Of a stretch of 64,000 nt of DNA, positions 27,057-35,737 are shown piece after piece (position 1 is the first letter of the stretch; each line of letters begins with the position of its first letter). A program made the position numbers and the translations under genes. Under the pieces are notes generated by a model. The model saw nothing but the letters and a program-made list of their open reading frames with translations. It did no database searches and was not told where the DNA came from. The DNA lies in contig CAZSKK010000002.1 of NCBI GenBank assembly GCA_964607415.1, positions 158,380 to 222,379 of the forward strand. Direction: 5' to 3'. The DNA comes from an uncultured Candidatus Saccharibacteria bacterium. GTDB taxonomy: Bacteria; Patescibacteriota; Dojkabacteria; J137.

Positions 27057-28063
27057 TACTCATTAACTTTGTTCTCGCTAGCCAGCCAGAGGTACTCATG
27101 CCCACTACCCTTTTTCTTCCCTTCAATTTGAACTTCTAAGAGCTCTAATACACCGTTAGAAAGTTGAAGGTAAAGTTTTTTGTTTTGTTTAAATATGAAA
27201 GCATTGTCAGAAGCCTTACGCTCTAAGCCATACGCTTCTGACCTCTGACCACTAACCTCAGACCTAACTGCCTTATATATCTTCAATACCTTTGTATCCC
27301 TTTCTCGTAATTCATTTTTCGTAATTGGGAGTCTAGTCCACGCTATGGGCCACGGGTTAAATGCTCTAATCATTCTTTCTGAAACATTTATATCCGTTTC
27401 AAACTTAATCTCAGCTTTATCTTTAGAAATATCTGTTTTATAACAATATGTAGCCTTAGAATCATCTTGAGGGAATTCTTCTAATTCTCCTGAAATCCAA
27501 TTTTCAAGATTTTCAGATAAAATTTCTTTCGCAACAAGTGATAATTCATTCATTAACTCTCCTGCCGTTTTGCCCTCTACCTCTAAACCTCTCGACCTTG
27601 CGATTACGGGACCTTTATCCATTTCAGAAACCATTCTTTGAATAGTAACACCAGTTTCTTTAAATCCTTGTAAAACTGCCATTTGAACAGGAACAGCTCC
27701 TCTTAATAAAGGTAAAAATGATCCATGAATATTTAAACATTTGTGTTTAGGATACTCCAAAATATCATCAGGAATTATTTGTCCATAAGCTGCAACAATT
27801 ATAAGTTCAGGTTTAAATTTTTCTAAAATTACTTTAGATTCCAGCCTTAATTTTATAGGAGTAATAATTTTGTCCGAATCAAAGCCTTTTGATTGTGCAT
27901 ATGTTTTTATTTCAGTTGGTGTTAACACTTGCTTTCGACCAACAGGTTTATCTGGTTGAGTTACAATTCCAACTAGATCTATAAAATCACAACTCATCAG
28001 AAACTCCAATGAAGGGGTTCCAAAATCACTTGAACCGATAAAAAGAGTTCTTACTTTGTTCAT
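27056..28063 (-). CDS. fmt: Methionyl-tRNA formyltransferase
   Basis: Formyl-transferase N-domain FIGSSDFGTPSLEFL...VGIVTQPDKPVGRK and a C-terminal Fmt domain. Confidence 0.8.
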   Translation of the reverse strand: MNKVRTLFIGSSDFGTPSLEFLMSCDFIDLVGIVTQPDKPVGRKQVLTPTEIKTYAQSKGFDSDKIITPIKLRLESKVILEKFKPELIIVAAYGQIIPDDILEYPKHKCLNIHGSFLPLLRGAVPVQMAVLQGFKETGVTIQRMVSEMDKGPVIARSRGLEVEGKTAGELMNELSLVAKEILSENLENWISGELEEFPQDDSKATYCYKTDISKDKAEIKFETDINVSERMIRAFNPWPIAWTRLPITKNELRERDTKVLKIYKAVRSEVSGQRSEAYGLERKASDNAFIFKQNKKLYLQLSNGVLELLEVQIEGKKKGSGHEYLWLASENKVNE

Positions 28064-28071
28064 AGAAATAG

Positions 28072-28132
28072 TTAATTAGTTGTTAGTTGATTTGTTAATC
28101 GGTTGTTTTACTAATTAACTATTATACCAATT
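28072..28132. repeat. ~60-bp intergenic repeat, copy B (5' flank of fmt)
   Basis: ttaattagttgttagttgatttgttaatcggttgttttactaattaactattataccaatt. The inverted 10-mers gttaattagt/actaattaac are perfect. Confidence 0.6.
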
Positions 28133-28150
28133 GACGAATTAACTTCCTAT

Positions 28151-28183
28151 ATTCTTTATTCTTGATTCATAATTCTGAATTTG
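28151..28183 (+). promoter_or_regulatory. TGATTC/TAATTC heptad motif (family copy 3), upstream of the ileS leader
   Basis: attctttattcttgattcataattctgaatttg shares a 16-bp identical core cttgattcataattct with the copy at 20338. Confidence 0.4.
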
Positions 28184-28189
28184 TGCTAA

Positions 28190-28410
28190 AATCAGTTAAC
28201 GCATTGAAGGAGCAATCACTCCGGAGCAAAGAGCAGAACAGCCAAAGAGCAATAGAGATGAAGAGCAAGCTTAATAGCTCTAAAACTCTCAACCTCTTAA
28301 GCTTATTAGACCTCTTCGGGTAGCCCGAAATAGCTATAAAATTAAGTGCTTGGCAACTTCGCCAGGAATTAGGGTGGTAACACGGTAAACTTCATATCGT
28401 CCCTTCTATA
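28190..28410 (+). promoter_or_regulatory. T-box-like leader RNA upstream of ileS (Ile specifier candidate AUCA)
   Basis: AATTAGGGTGGTAACACGG at 28367-28385 closely resembles the T-box consensus AAUUAGGGUGGNACCGCGG. AUCA lies in a hairpin loop about 150 nt upstream, and an AGAGA element sits at 28251. It is located 5' of an aminoacyl-tRNA synthetase gene. Confidence 0.5.
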
Positions 28411-28497
28411 AATTTAAGATCAAAGTTTCAAAGAGTTCAAAATAGTTTCAAAACTTAAAAATAAATCTGAAAATTTTCATTTTGATGTTTTTTATTA

Positions 28498-28525
28498 TTT
28501 TGATAGCTTTGATCTTTGTTATTAA
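28498..28525. repeat. 28-mer repeat, copy 2 (ileS 5' UTR)
   Basis: attttgatagctttgatctttgttatta. Confidence 0.5.
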
Positions 28526-28563
28526 CTTAAAGTATTTATAATTTAGAATTTATTACTAAAACC

Positions 28564-31542
28564 ATGTTCAGCAAACCAAACCCAAAGCAGAATTTCTTTG
28601 ATCTAGAGCAACAAATTTTAAACTGGTGGAAGGAGCAACAGATTCTAGAAAAATCGATTAACCAACGACCAGACGATCAGTCTAAAACATTCTACGATGG
28701 TCCTATTACTGCCAATGGTGAGCCTCATCACGGGCATATGCTTACGTTTGCAATGAAAGATATTATTCCAAGATACTGGACAATGAAAGGCTATAAGGTC
28801 AGTAGAAGTTTAGGATGGGACTGTCAAGGTATTCCTGTTGAATATGAAGTTGAAAAAAAATTGGGTTTTACTGAAAAAAAAGATATTGAAAAGTACGGCG
28901 TTGCAGCTTTTAATCAACTTTGTAGAGAATCAGTTGAAAAATATAGAGGAAATATCATTGAACTTGAAGAACTGATGGGTAGACTTACAAACTCTGATGA
29001 AGAGTTTGCAACAATGGATAGGGATTATATTGAATCAGTATGGTGGTCGTTGAGTGAACTTTATAAAAAAGGCCTCCTTTACGAAGGATTTAAAGTTGTT
29101 CCATACTCAACAAGAGCTGGAACTACGCTCTCAAACGCAGAAGTTGCTTTAGGAGGATATAAGCCTTTTGTTGATCCCGCAATCACTGTTGAATTTCCTT
29201 TAAAGGATGATCCTAAAACAATATTACTTGCTTGGACAACAACACCCTGGACAATACCTTCAAACCTAGGGCTTGCTGTCGGTAAAGATATTAAATATGT
29301 GAAAGTGAAAAGCCAGGTGCCTGATAATACTTACATTGTTGCAAAAGATTTGATAAAACAAGTATTTAAAGATGATCCAGTAGAAATTATTGGAGAAGTG
29401 GCAGTGGGTGAACTGGTAGGTAAGGAATATACTCCACCTTTCGATTTTTATGCTGGAAGAAAAAATGTCCATAAAATTTACGAAGGTTTCCATGTAACTA
29501 CTGATTCGGGTACAGGAATAGTTCATCTTGCGCCATATGGTGCTGAAGATAATGAAATATTTCAAAAAGTCGGCATTGAAAGCTTCGATTATTTAGATGA
29601 GCAAGGTGATTTTATTTCTACAGTTCCAATGTATGCTGGAATTAATTATAGAGATGCTAATCCAAAAATAATTGAAGATCTAAAAGCCAAAGATGCATTA
29701 TTTAGAAATGAAGAATATGAGCACGAAATGCCTATGTGTTGGAGAACAAACACTCCACTTATTTATAAACCAATAACCTCTTGGTTTATTGCAATGAGCA
29801 GCTTAAGAAAAGAACTGGTTGATAATAATAATAAAATCAACTGGATACCATCTCATGTAAAAGACGGTAGATTTGGAAACTGGCTTTCTGAAATTAAAGA
29901 TTGGGGAATATCCAGATTAAGATACTGGGGCACCCCTTTACCAGTCTGGAAATCAGCAAGCGGAAAAATAATCTTCATAGGTTCATTTGAAGAAATTGAA
30001 AAATATACTGGCAAAAAAGTAGAAGACCCCCATAAGCCGTTTATTGATGATTTTGTGTTCGAGTATGAAGGAGAAACTTACAAAAGAATTCCAGATGTAA
30101 TTGATGTTTGGTACGATTCAGGTGCTATGCCATTTGCAAGATTTCACTATCCTTTTGAAAACGAAGAAAAATTTAAGAAAAAATTCCCTGCACAATACAT
30201 TGCCGAAGGGGTTGACCAAACAAGAGGCTGGTTCTACTCTCTTCATGCTATAGGAACTGCACTTATGGATAGCCCAGCATTTGAAAATGTTGTTATGAAC
30301 GGATTTGTATTGGACGACAAAGGTGCTAAATTAAGTAAGAGCAAGAAAAATTATACAGCACCAAAACCGCTAATTGAAAAATTTGGAGCCGACACAATTA
30401 GACTAAACTTCTTTTCAACCGCAATCTCTGCAGGAGAAGATACAACTGTTAGTGAAAAAACTCTAAATATTCAAAAGCAAGAAACTATCCTTCCACTTTG
30501 GAACATCTATTCTTTCTTTACAACCTATGCAAACTTGCATAACTGGGAACCCCGCTCTGAGCTTTGTTACAACAATCGTGAAAACAAAGCCGATGAATTT
30601 CCTTGGGATCACATGCCCTTTAATGATTTGGAAAATAATTTAGACGCATGGATTTTATTACTCCTTCAAGAAACAATAAAAGAAGTAACCAGTGCTTTGG
30701 ACAAATACGAAATACCAAGGGCAACAAGAAGCGCAAAATCATTTATAGACGATCTTTCTAAATGGTATATAAGAAGAAATAGAGATAGATTTGCAAGTGG
30801 TGATACTGATGCCCTAGATACACTTTATTATGTACTTGTAGAGTGCTTAAAGCTATTTGCACCAATAACACCATTTATAACTGAATACATTTACAAAGAG
30901 CTTGTAGCTAGTCAATTAAGCGATATGCCTGAATCAGTGCATTTAACAAACTACCCTACTTCAGACACACAATTTATTGAACAGTACTCAGCTTTACTTG
31001 AAGAGATGAGAATTATTAGAGAAGTTTGTGAAATGGGCCACTCTTTAAGAACTACAAATCAACTTAAAGTAAGACAACCACTTGCGAAAGTTGAGTTAAT
31101 TAATACTAATGTTGCAGTTCCTGCTTTCTCAGATTGGATGAAAAAGATATTAATGGATGAACTTAACGTAAAAGATGTTGTAGAAGTCATGCAATTTTCA
31201 TCAAAAAAAGTTATAAATACAGAAAATGCTGCCTTAAGCATAAAAGTAGGATTAGACACGGAAATCACACAGGATCTTTTAGATGAAGGCCTTGTGAGGG
31301 ATATAACTAGAGAAATTCAAAGCATTAGAAAGAACATGAGTCTTGATATTGGTGATAAAATAACTTTGAGCTATCAAACAAATGATGTAGACTTAAATAG
31401 AATTCTTGAGAATTTTAAGGAAACTATTTTGAATAGTATTAATGCAGCTGAAATTTTGAATGTAGAAAGTATTAAACAAGACACTAAACAGGAAATAGAT
31501 TTAAATGGCAAAAAAGTTACAATTAATTTAGTTAAAAAGTAA
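28564..31542 (+). CDS. ileS: Isoleucyl-tRNA synthetase (type 2)
   Basis: HIGH motif PHHGHML, KMSKS motif KLSKSKKN, editing domain, 992 aa. Confidence 0.9.
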   Translation: MFSKPNPKQNFFDLEQQILNWWKEQQILEKSINQRPDDQSKTFYDGPITANGEPHHGHMLTFAMKDIIPRYWTMKGYKVSRSLGWDCQGIPVEYEVEKKLGFTEKKDIEKYGVAAFNQLCRESVEKYRGNIIELEELMGRLTNSDEEFATMDRDYIESVWWSLSELYKKGLLYEGFKVVPYSTRAGTTLSNAEVALGGYKPFVDPAITVEFPLKDDPKTILLAWTTTPWTIPSNLGLAVGKDIKYVKVKSQVPDNTYIVAKDLIKQVFKDDPVEIIGEVAVGELVGKEYTPPFDFYAGRKNVHKIYEGFHVTTDSGTGIVHLAPYGAEDNEIFQKVGIESFDYLDEQGDFISTVPMYAGINYRDANPKIIEDLKAKDALFRNEEYEHEMPMCWRTNTPLIYKPITSWFIAMSSLRKELVDNNNKINWIPSHVKDGRFGNWLSEIKDWGISRLRYWGTPLPVWKSASGKIIFIGSFEEIEKYTGKKVEDPHKPFIDDFVFEYEGETYKRIPDVIDVWYDSGAMPFARFHYPFENEEKFKKKFPAQYIAEGVDQTRGWFYSLHAIGTALMDSPAFENVVMNGFVLDDKGAKLSKSKKNYTAPKPLIEKFGADTIRLNFFSTAISAGEDTTVSEKTLNIQKQETILPLWNIYSFFTTYANLHNWEPRSELCYNNRENKADEFPWDHMPFNDLENNLDAWILLLLQETIKEVTSALDKYEIPRATRSAKSFIDDLSKWYIRRNRDRFASGDTDALDTLYYVLVECLKLFAPITPFITEYIYKELVASQLSDMPESVHLTNYPTSDTQFIEQYSALLEEMRIIREVCEMGHSLRTTNQLKVRQPLAKVELINTNVAVPAFSDWMKKILMDELNVKDVVEVMQFSSKKVINTENAALSIKVGLDTEITQDLLDEGLVRDITREIQSIRKNMSLDIGDKITLSYQTNDVDLNRILENFKETILNSINAAEILNVESIKQDTKQEIDLNGKKVTINLVKK

Positions 31543-32177
31543 TGGATTTAGTCGAAAACCCTAAACTAGAAGATGAAATCAAAAAAGTAAAGAAAGAGAG
31601 ATTTTCTGGATTTATTGATTTCCTGCAATCAATAGTAATTGCTGTCGTAATCTGTTTAATTGTATATATCGCAATTGCAATGCCAAACCAGGTTGAAGGA
31701 CAATCCATGCAACCAAACTTTTATAATAACGACATTATCCTAACAAACAAGTTAAGTCAGTGGCTTGGTGAAACAAATCTTGGAGATTCTTTGGGCCTAG
31801 ATTATCACAGAGGTGACGTGATTGTATTCCAGAAGCCAGGATACAACGATTTTATAAAAAGACTGATAGGATTACCTGGTGATAGACTTGCGTTAAAGGA
31901 TGGTACAATTTACGTCAACGGCGAAAAACTGGATGAATCAGCCTATTTACCTGAAGATCTGGAGACAATAGGGGGAACCTTATTAGTTGATGGTGGTGAT
32001 GAATTGACAGTTCCTACAGGTCACTACTTTGCAATGGGAGACAATAGGAAGAACAGTCACGATTCCAGGTATATTGATATAGGGTTTATAAAACGAGAAT
32101 GGATGAAGGGCAAAGTAATTTTGAAATACTGGCCAATCAACGAATTTCATGTTGTAAAAGACCCTAGTTATAAATAA
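31542..32177 (+). CDS. lepB: Signal peptidase I
   Basis: GQSMQPNF is the Ser box and GDNRKNSHDSRY is the Lys/box E motif. ATG overlaps the ileS stop (TAATG). Confidence 0.8.
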   Translation: MDLVENPKLEDEIKKVKKERFSGFIDFLQSIVIAVVICLIVYIAIAMPNQVEGQSMQPNFYNNDIILTNKLSQWLGETNLGDSLGLDYHRGDVIVFQKPGYNDFIKRLIGLPGDRLALKDGTIYVNGEKLDESAYLPEDLETIGGTLLVDGGDELTVPTGHYFAMGDNRKNSHDSRYIDIGFIKREWMKGKVILKYWPINEFHVVKDPSYK

Positions 32178-32269
32178 CTAAGCTCAAGGATCCAATGACA
32201 AATGAAATTTTCAAAATTATATTGAAAATTCCTTAGTCATTAGTATATTTTTATTAGTCATTCCATAAG

Positions 32270-33043
32270 GTGATTTTTGCAGTAACAAACCAAAAAGGAG
32301 GTGTTGGAAAGACAACTACAGTGTTGAACATGGGAGCGTATCTATCTAACAAAGGTAAAAAAGTTCTTTTAATTGATATGGATCCTCAAGCAAATTTGAC
32401 CTCAGGACTTGGTTTAAATGAACACACCCGACGTGAAATGAAGACAAAAAGTATTTATGATGTTTTAATTTCAAAAAACACTATAAAAGAAGTTACATTA
32501 AAGACGAAATTTGAAAACCTACACCTGATTTCATCTGGCATAGAACTTGCAGGTGCTGAAGTTGAAATTGTGAGCGCATTTTCCAGAGAAACAATCTTAA
32601 AACGTGCTTTGGACAAAGTAAGCAGTGATTACGATTTTATTTTTATCGATTGTCCTCCCTCCTTAGGACTTTTAACGATCAATGGGCTTGTAGCTGCCGA
32701 TGGAGTCTTAATTCCAGTTCAATCAGAATATTTTGCCCTCGAAGGTCTGGGACAGTTAATAAATACTGTAAAGCTTATCAAAGCAAATCTTAACAATAAT
32801 CTAGAGATTGCCGGTGTAATCATTACAATGTTTGATACCAGAACAAATCTAAGTAAGGATGTAAAAACTGAAATTGAAAACCACTTTAAGGGTAAGTTAT
32901 TTAAATCTGTAATCCCAAGAAACATTAAGCTTTCAGAAGCACCCTCTCATGGGCTTTCGATACTTGAATATGCACCAACTTCTTTAGGTGCCAAAGCATA
33001 CGACGATCTTACGGACGAGATAATAGAAAGGTTTAGGAATTAA
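32270..33043 (+). CDS. parA: Chromosome partitioning ATPase ParA/Soj
   Basis: Deviant Walker A NQKGGVGKTTT. GTG start. Confidence 0.85.
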   Translation: MIFAVTNQKGGVGKTTTVLNMGAYLSNKGKKVLLIDMDPQANLTSGLGLNEHTRREMKTKSIYDVLISKNTIKEVTLKTKFENLHLISSGIELAGAEVEIVSAFSRETILKRALDKVSSDYDFIFIDCPPSLGLLTINGLVAADGVLIPVQSEYFALEGLGQLINTVKLIKANLNNNLEIAGVIITMFDTRTNLSKDVKTEIENHFKGKLFKSVIPRNIKLSEAPSHGLSILEYAPTSLGAKAYDDLTDEIIERFRN

Positions 33044-33249
33044 AGCAGCTTTTAACAATTAGCTATTCGAAGCTAGAACACTAATAGCTAAATCGCAACG
33101 GACTGGGTTAACTGAGAATTCTTTAAATTTGTAAAAATTTAACACTTTCAAAATTTATTATCGTCTTACCTCAAACTTCAAGCTTCTTTTTCTCTTGATT
33201 CTTTATTGATTAACGTATAGCATATAGTAAATAGTTATCAATTTAGCAC

Positions 33250-34104
33250 ATGAAAAAATCTGTTTTAGGTAAAGGCTTATCAGCTCTAATAGACGAAACA
33301 AGTCTTCCGGAGATATCGCAGGGCTTTATTCCTAAACTACCAGTAAAACTTATAGTACCTAACCCTTACCAACCTAGAAGCGAAATCAAACCTGAAGAAC
33401 TTATTGAGCTTGCTGATTCAATAAGACAACACGGTGTAATTGAGCCTTTGTTAGTTACAAAAAAATCAGAAAGCCAATATGAACTAATTGCAGGAGAAAG
33501 AAGGTGGAGAGCTTCTCAACTTGCAGGTATAGAGACTGTACCCGTAGTTGTAAAAGAAGCTTCACCCAAAGAAATGCTGGAACTTGCTATTGTAGAAAAT
33601 ATACAAAGGCGGGACTTAAATCCACTAGAAGAGGCAATGGCATTTGAGCAGCTTACAAAGATGTTTAACATGACTCATGATGAAATTTCCAAAAAAGTGG
33701 CTCTAAGTAGACCTGCAATTGCCAACAAAATAAGGCTTCTTTCACTTCCAGAAGAAATTAAAAAAGGATTACTTGAAGAAAAAATATCCGAAGGTCATGC
33801 AAGAGCTTTGTTGGGATTAAACTCTAAGGAAACAATGATTGCAACCTATAAAATCATTTTAAGAGATAATCTTTCAGTAAGAGCAGTTGAAGAATTAGTT
33901 AGGCGATTAAACAAAGGCAAACAAGTAAAAAAAAGAGCCGATATGAGAATTTTAGACGAAAAAACAGTAAAAATTGAATCTAGCCTCAAAGAAAGATTTG
34001 GCGAAAAAGTAACTCTCGCAAGATCAAAAAAAGGAGGAAAAATAGTTATTCCTTTTTCTAATGATCACGAACTTGATGGGATTGTAAAAAAATTAAGTAT
34101 ATAA
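33250..34104 (+). CDS. parB: Chromosome partitioning protein ParB/Spo0J
   Basis: ParB box LIAGERRWRAS plus an HTH region. Confidence 0.85.
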   Translation: MKKSVLGKGLSALIDETSLPEISQGFIPKLPVKLIVPNPYQPRSEIKPEELIELADSIRQHGVIEPLLVTKKSESQYELIAGERRWRASQLAGIETVPVVVKEASPKEMLELAIVENIQRRDLNPLEEAMAFEQLTKMFNMTHDEISKKVALSRPAIANKIRLLSLPEEIKKGLLEEKISEGHARALLGLNSKETMIATYKIILRDNLSVRAVEELVRRLNKGKQVKKRADMRILDEKTVKIESSLKERFGEKVTLARSKKGGKIVIPFSNDHELDGIVKKLSI

Positions 34105-34165
34105 ATTGCCTTCACACCCTACCCTTAATTTCAATAAGTGATAAAATTATAAAATAGTAAATTAA

Positions 34166-34223
34166 TTAATTAGTTTTTTGTTAATTTGTAAATACTAATT
34201 AACTTTTTACGAATTATCCAATT
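34166..34223. repeat. Intergenic repeat, copy C (diverged), upstream of the amidase gene
   Basis: ttaattagttttttgttaatttgtaaatactaattaactttttacgaattatccaatt shares the blocks ttaattagtt, tgttaat, tactaattaact and ccaattRacgaa with copies A and B. Confidence 0.45.
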
Positions 34224-34231
34224 AACGAAAT

Positions 34232-35347
34232 ATGCCACGAGCCTTAATATCTGCAGCACATACTCTAATGGTCCCTGGACAGATTTTTCAGGATCTTAGA
34301 GAAGCAGATTTAACCAGAAAAATTGTTAACAAAATGGTTCCTCACCTTGAAAAAACAGGTATAACTTTCCAGGCCGTTCCATTGGATCTTATTCTTACTG
34401 ATAGAATTGAATGGATTAATAACTCTGGCTATTCCGAAGATACAGATGATATCCTAGTTGAAATTCATGTTAATGATGGAGGTAAACGCGGAATTGAGGG
34501 TTGGTTTAGCGAAGAAGCAAACCCAGGAAATCGATCCCAAATTCTAGCAGATTACCTTCTAAAAGAAGTATGTACTGCTACAGGATATACTAATCAAACA
34601 GCCAAAAGTGAACTTCAGCATGAATTGACCTCATTGGTTATTCTTAACCAGACTAATACTATTTCTGTAGCACTGGAATGCCTATATATTGATAATCCCG
34701 AAGATATTGCAATTTTGAAAGATGATAAAAAGCTTGATGATCTTGCAAAGGCACTTGCTGAAGCAATTGCAAAATACATTAAATCAGACAGTAGTAAAAA
34801 ACCTGCTAATGCAAAGCCTAAGGCAAAACCTGACCCAGTTTTCAGCCCTAAACCCCCTTTTGGTGGTTTACCTTCATTGGGAGGATTAGGTGGTGGATTT
34901 GGATCACCTAGTGCATCTAGTACTTCCCCTTCATCCGGATCAAGTAATCTTATGATGGATAGGGAACAAAGAAAAAAAATGATAAATGATACTTACACTA
35001 AAATTTTAGGAAAAGAGCCTAATGCTAACGATTTAAATCAGAATTTGAATACAGGTGTTTCCGAAGAACAGTTAATCAAAAAACTTGTTGATTCTAAAGA
35101 TTTTGAAACAATGGTAAAAGATGCAAAAGATGCAAAAGATTTGCGCAATAAATCTACTCAAATGGAAGCAGATGTTGCAAGACTCCAGGCAGAAAGTAAT
35201 GACTTAAAGGCTATTAATGCTAATCTAAATAGACTTCTTCAGCATAAAAATATGACCATCACAAAAATGCAGCAGGAAATGGTTAGCCGTGGTGTTTTAA
35301 AACCTGGTGAATTCTTTGATTTAGGTTCTACACAAACTCAACGTTAG
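34232..35347 (+). CDS. N-acetylmuramoyl-L-alanine amidase (Amidase_3) with low-complexity linker and C-terminal DUF4214-like/coiled-coil region
   Basis: ISAAHT...VEIHVNDGG...LECLYIDNPED are Amidase_3 zinc-ligand blocks. A Pro/Gly/Ser-rich linker is followed by a C-terminal helical domain. Confidence 0.55.
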   Translation: MPRALISAAHTLMVPGQIFQDLREADLTRKIVNKMVPHLEKTGITFQAVPLDLILTDRIEWINNSGYSEDTDDILVEIHVNDGGKRGIEGWFSEEANPGNRSQILADYLLKEVCTATGYTNQTAKSELQHELTSLVILNQTNTISVALECLYIDNPEDIAILKDDKKLDDLAKALAEAIAKYIKSDSSKKPANAKPKAKPDPVFSPKPPFGGLPSLGGLGGGFGSPSASSTSPSSGSSNLMMDREQRKKMINDTYTKILGKEPNANDLNQNLNTGVSEEQLIKKLVDSKDFETMVKDAKDAKDLRNKSTQMEADVARLQAESNDLKAINANLNRLLQHKNMTITKMQQEMVSRGVLKPGEFFDLGSTQTQR

Positions 35348-35737
35348 AAACTAACTGTTTTATGATCATATATGCGAATCAGGAAAGAATTTCTGATTAC
35401 TAAATTTTAAATCTACATGTCGGCTTTCACCGTGATTCCTTTTTCCACACAATACTACCAAAGATAATTTGACGAGGGCATAATATTCAAATTTGGTTAT
35501 TACCACCTAAGTGGTTATGTTATAATAATTGAGATTTAATTTATAGGAAGATTTGCTTTTAAAAATGAAAATTCACTTAAAATATTTAACTGCATTAGCT
35601 TTTAGACCACCGAAAAAAAATAATTAACGGTACTAAGATTACAGGTTGGATAAAAACCTGGCTTTGTTAGATATTCTTCTGGAATTGGGCAATTCTCCTA
35701 TAAGGTAAATACATGTTTAAATTTTTAGATTATTAAG

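Noticed and set aside
29266-29565. Antisense ORFs within ileS (29266-29565 and 31059-31268)
   Set aside because: They are embedded in a 992-aa conserved synthetase gene and have no independent signals.
33044-33249. Search for a parS site (TGTTNCACGTGAAACA) near parA/parB
   Set aside because: No match with 3 or fewer mismatches was seen in the parAB flanks or elsewhere by eye. It cannot be asserted.
35348-35737. 390-bp gap upstream of rny with small hairpins (ACCAC-ctaa-GTGGT, CAGGTT-ggataaaa-AACCTG)
   Set aside because: The stems are short and AT-rich and there is no conserved motif. It is likely just the promoter/5' UTR of rny. I have no basis to call an ncRNA.
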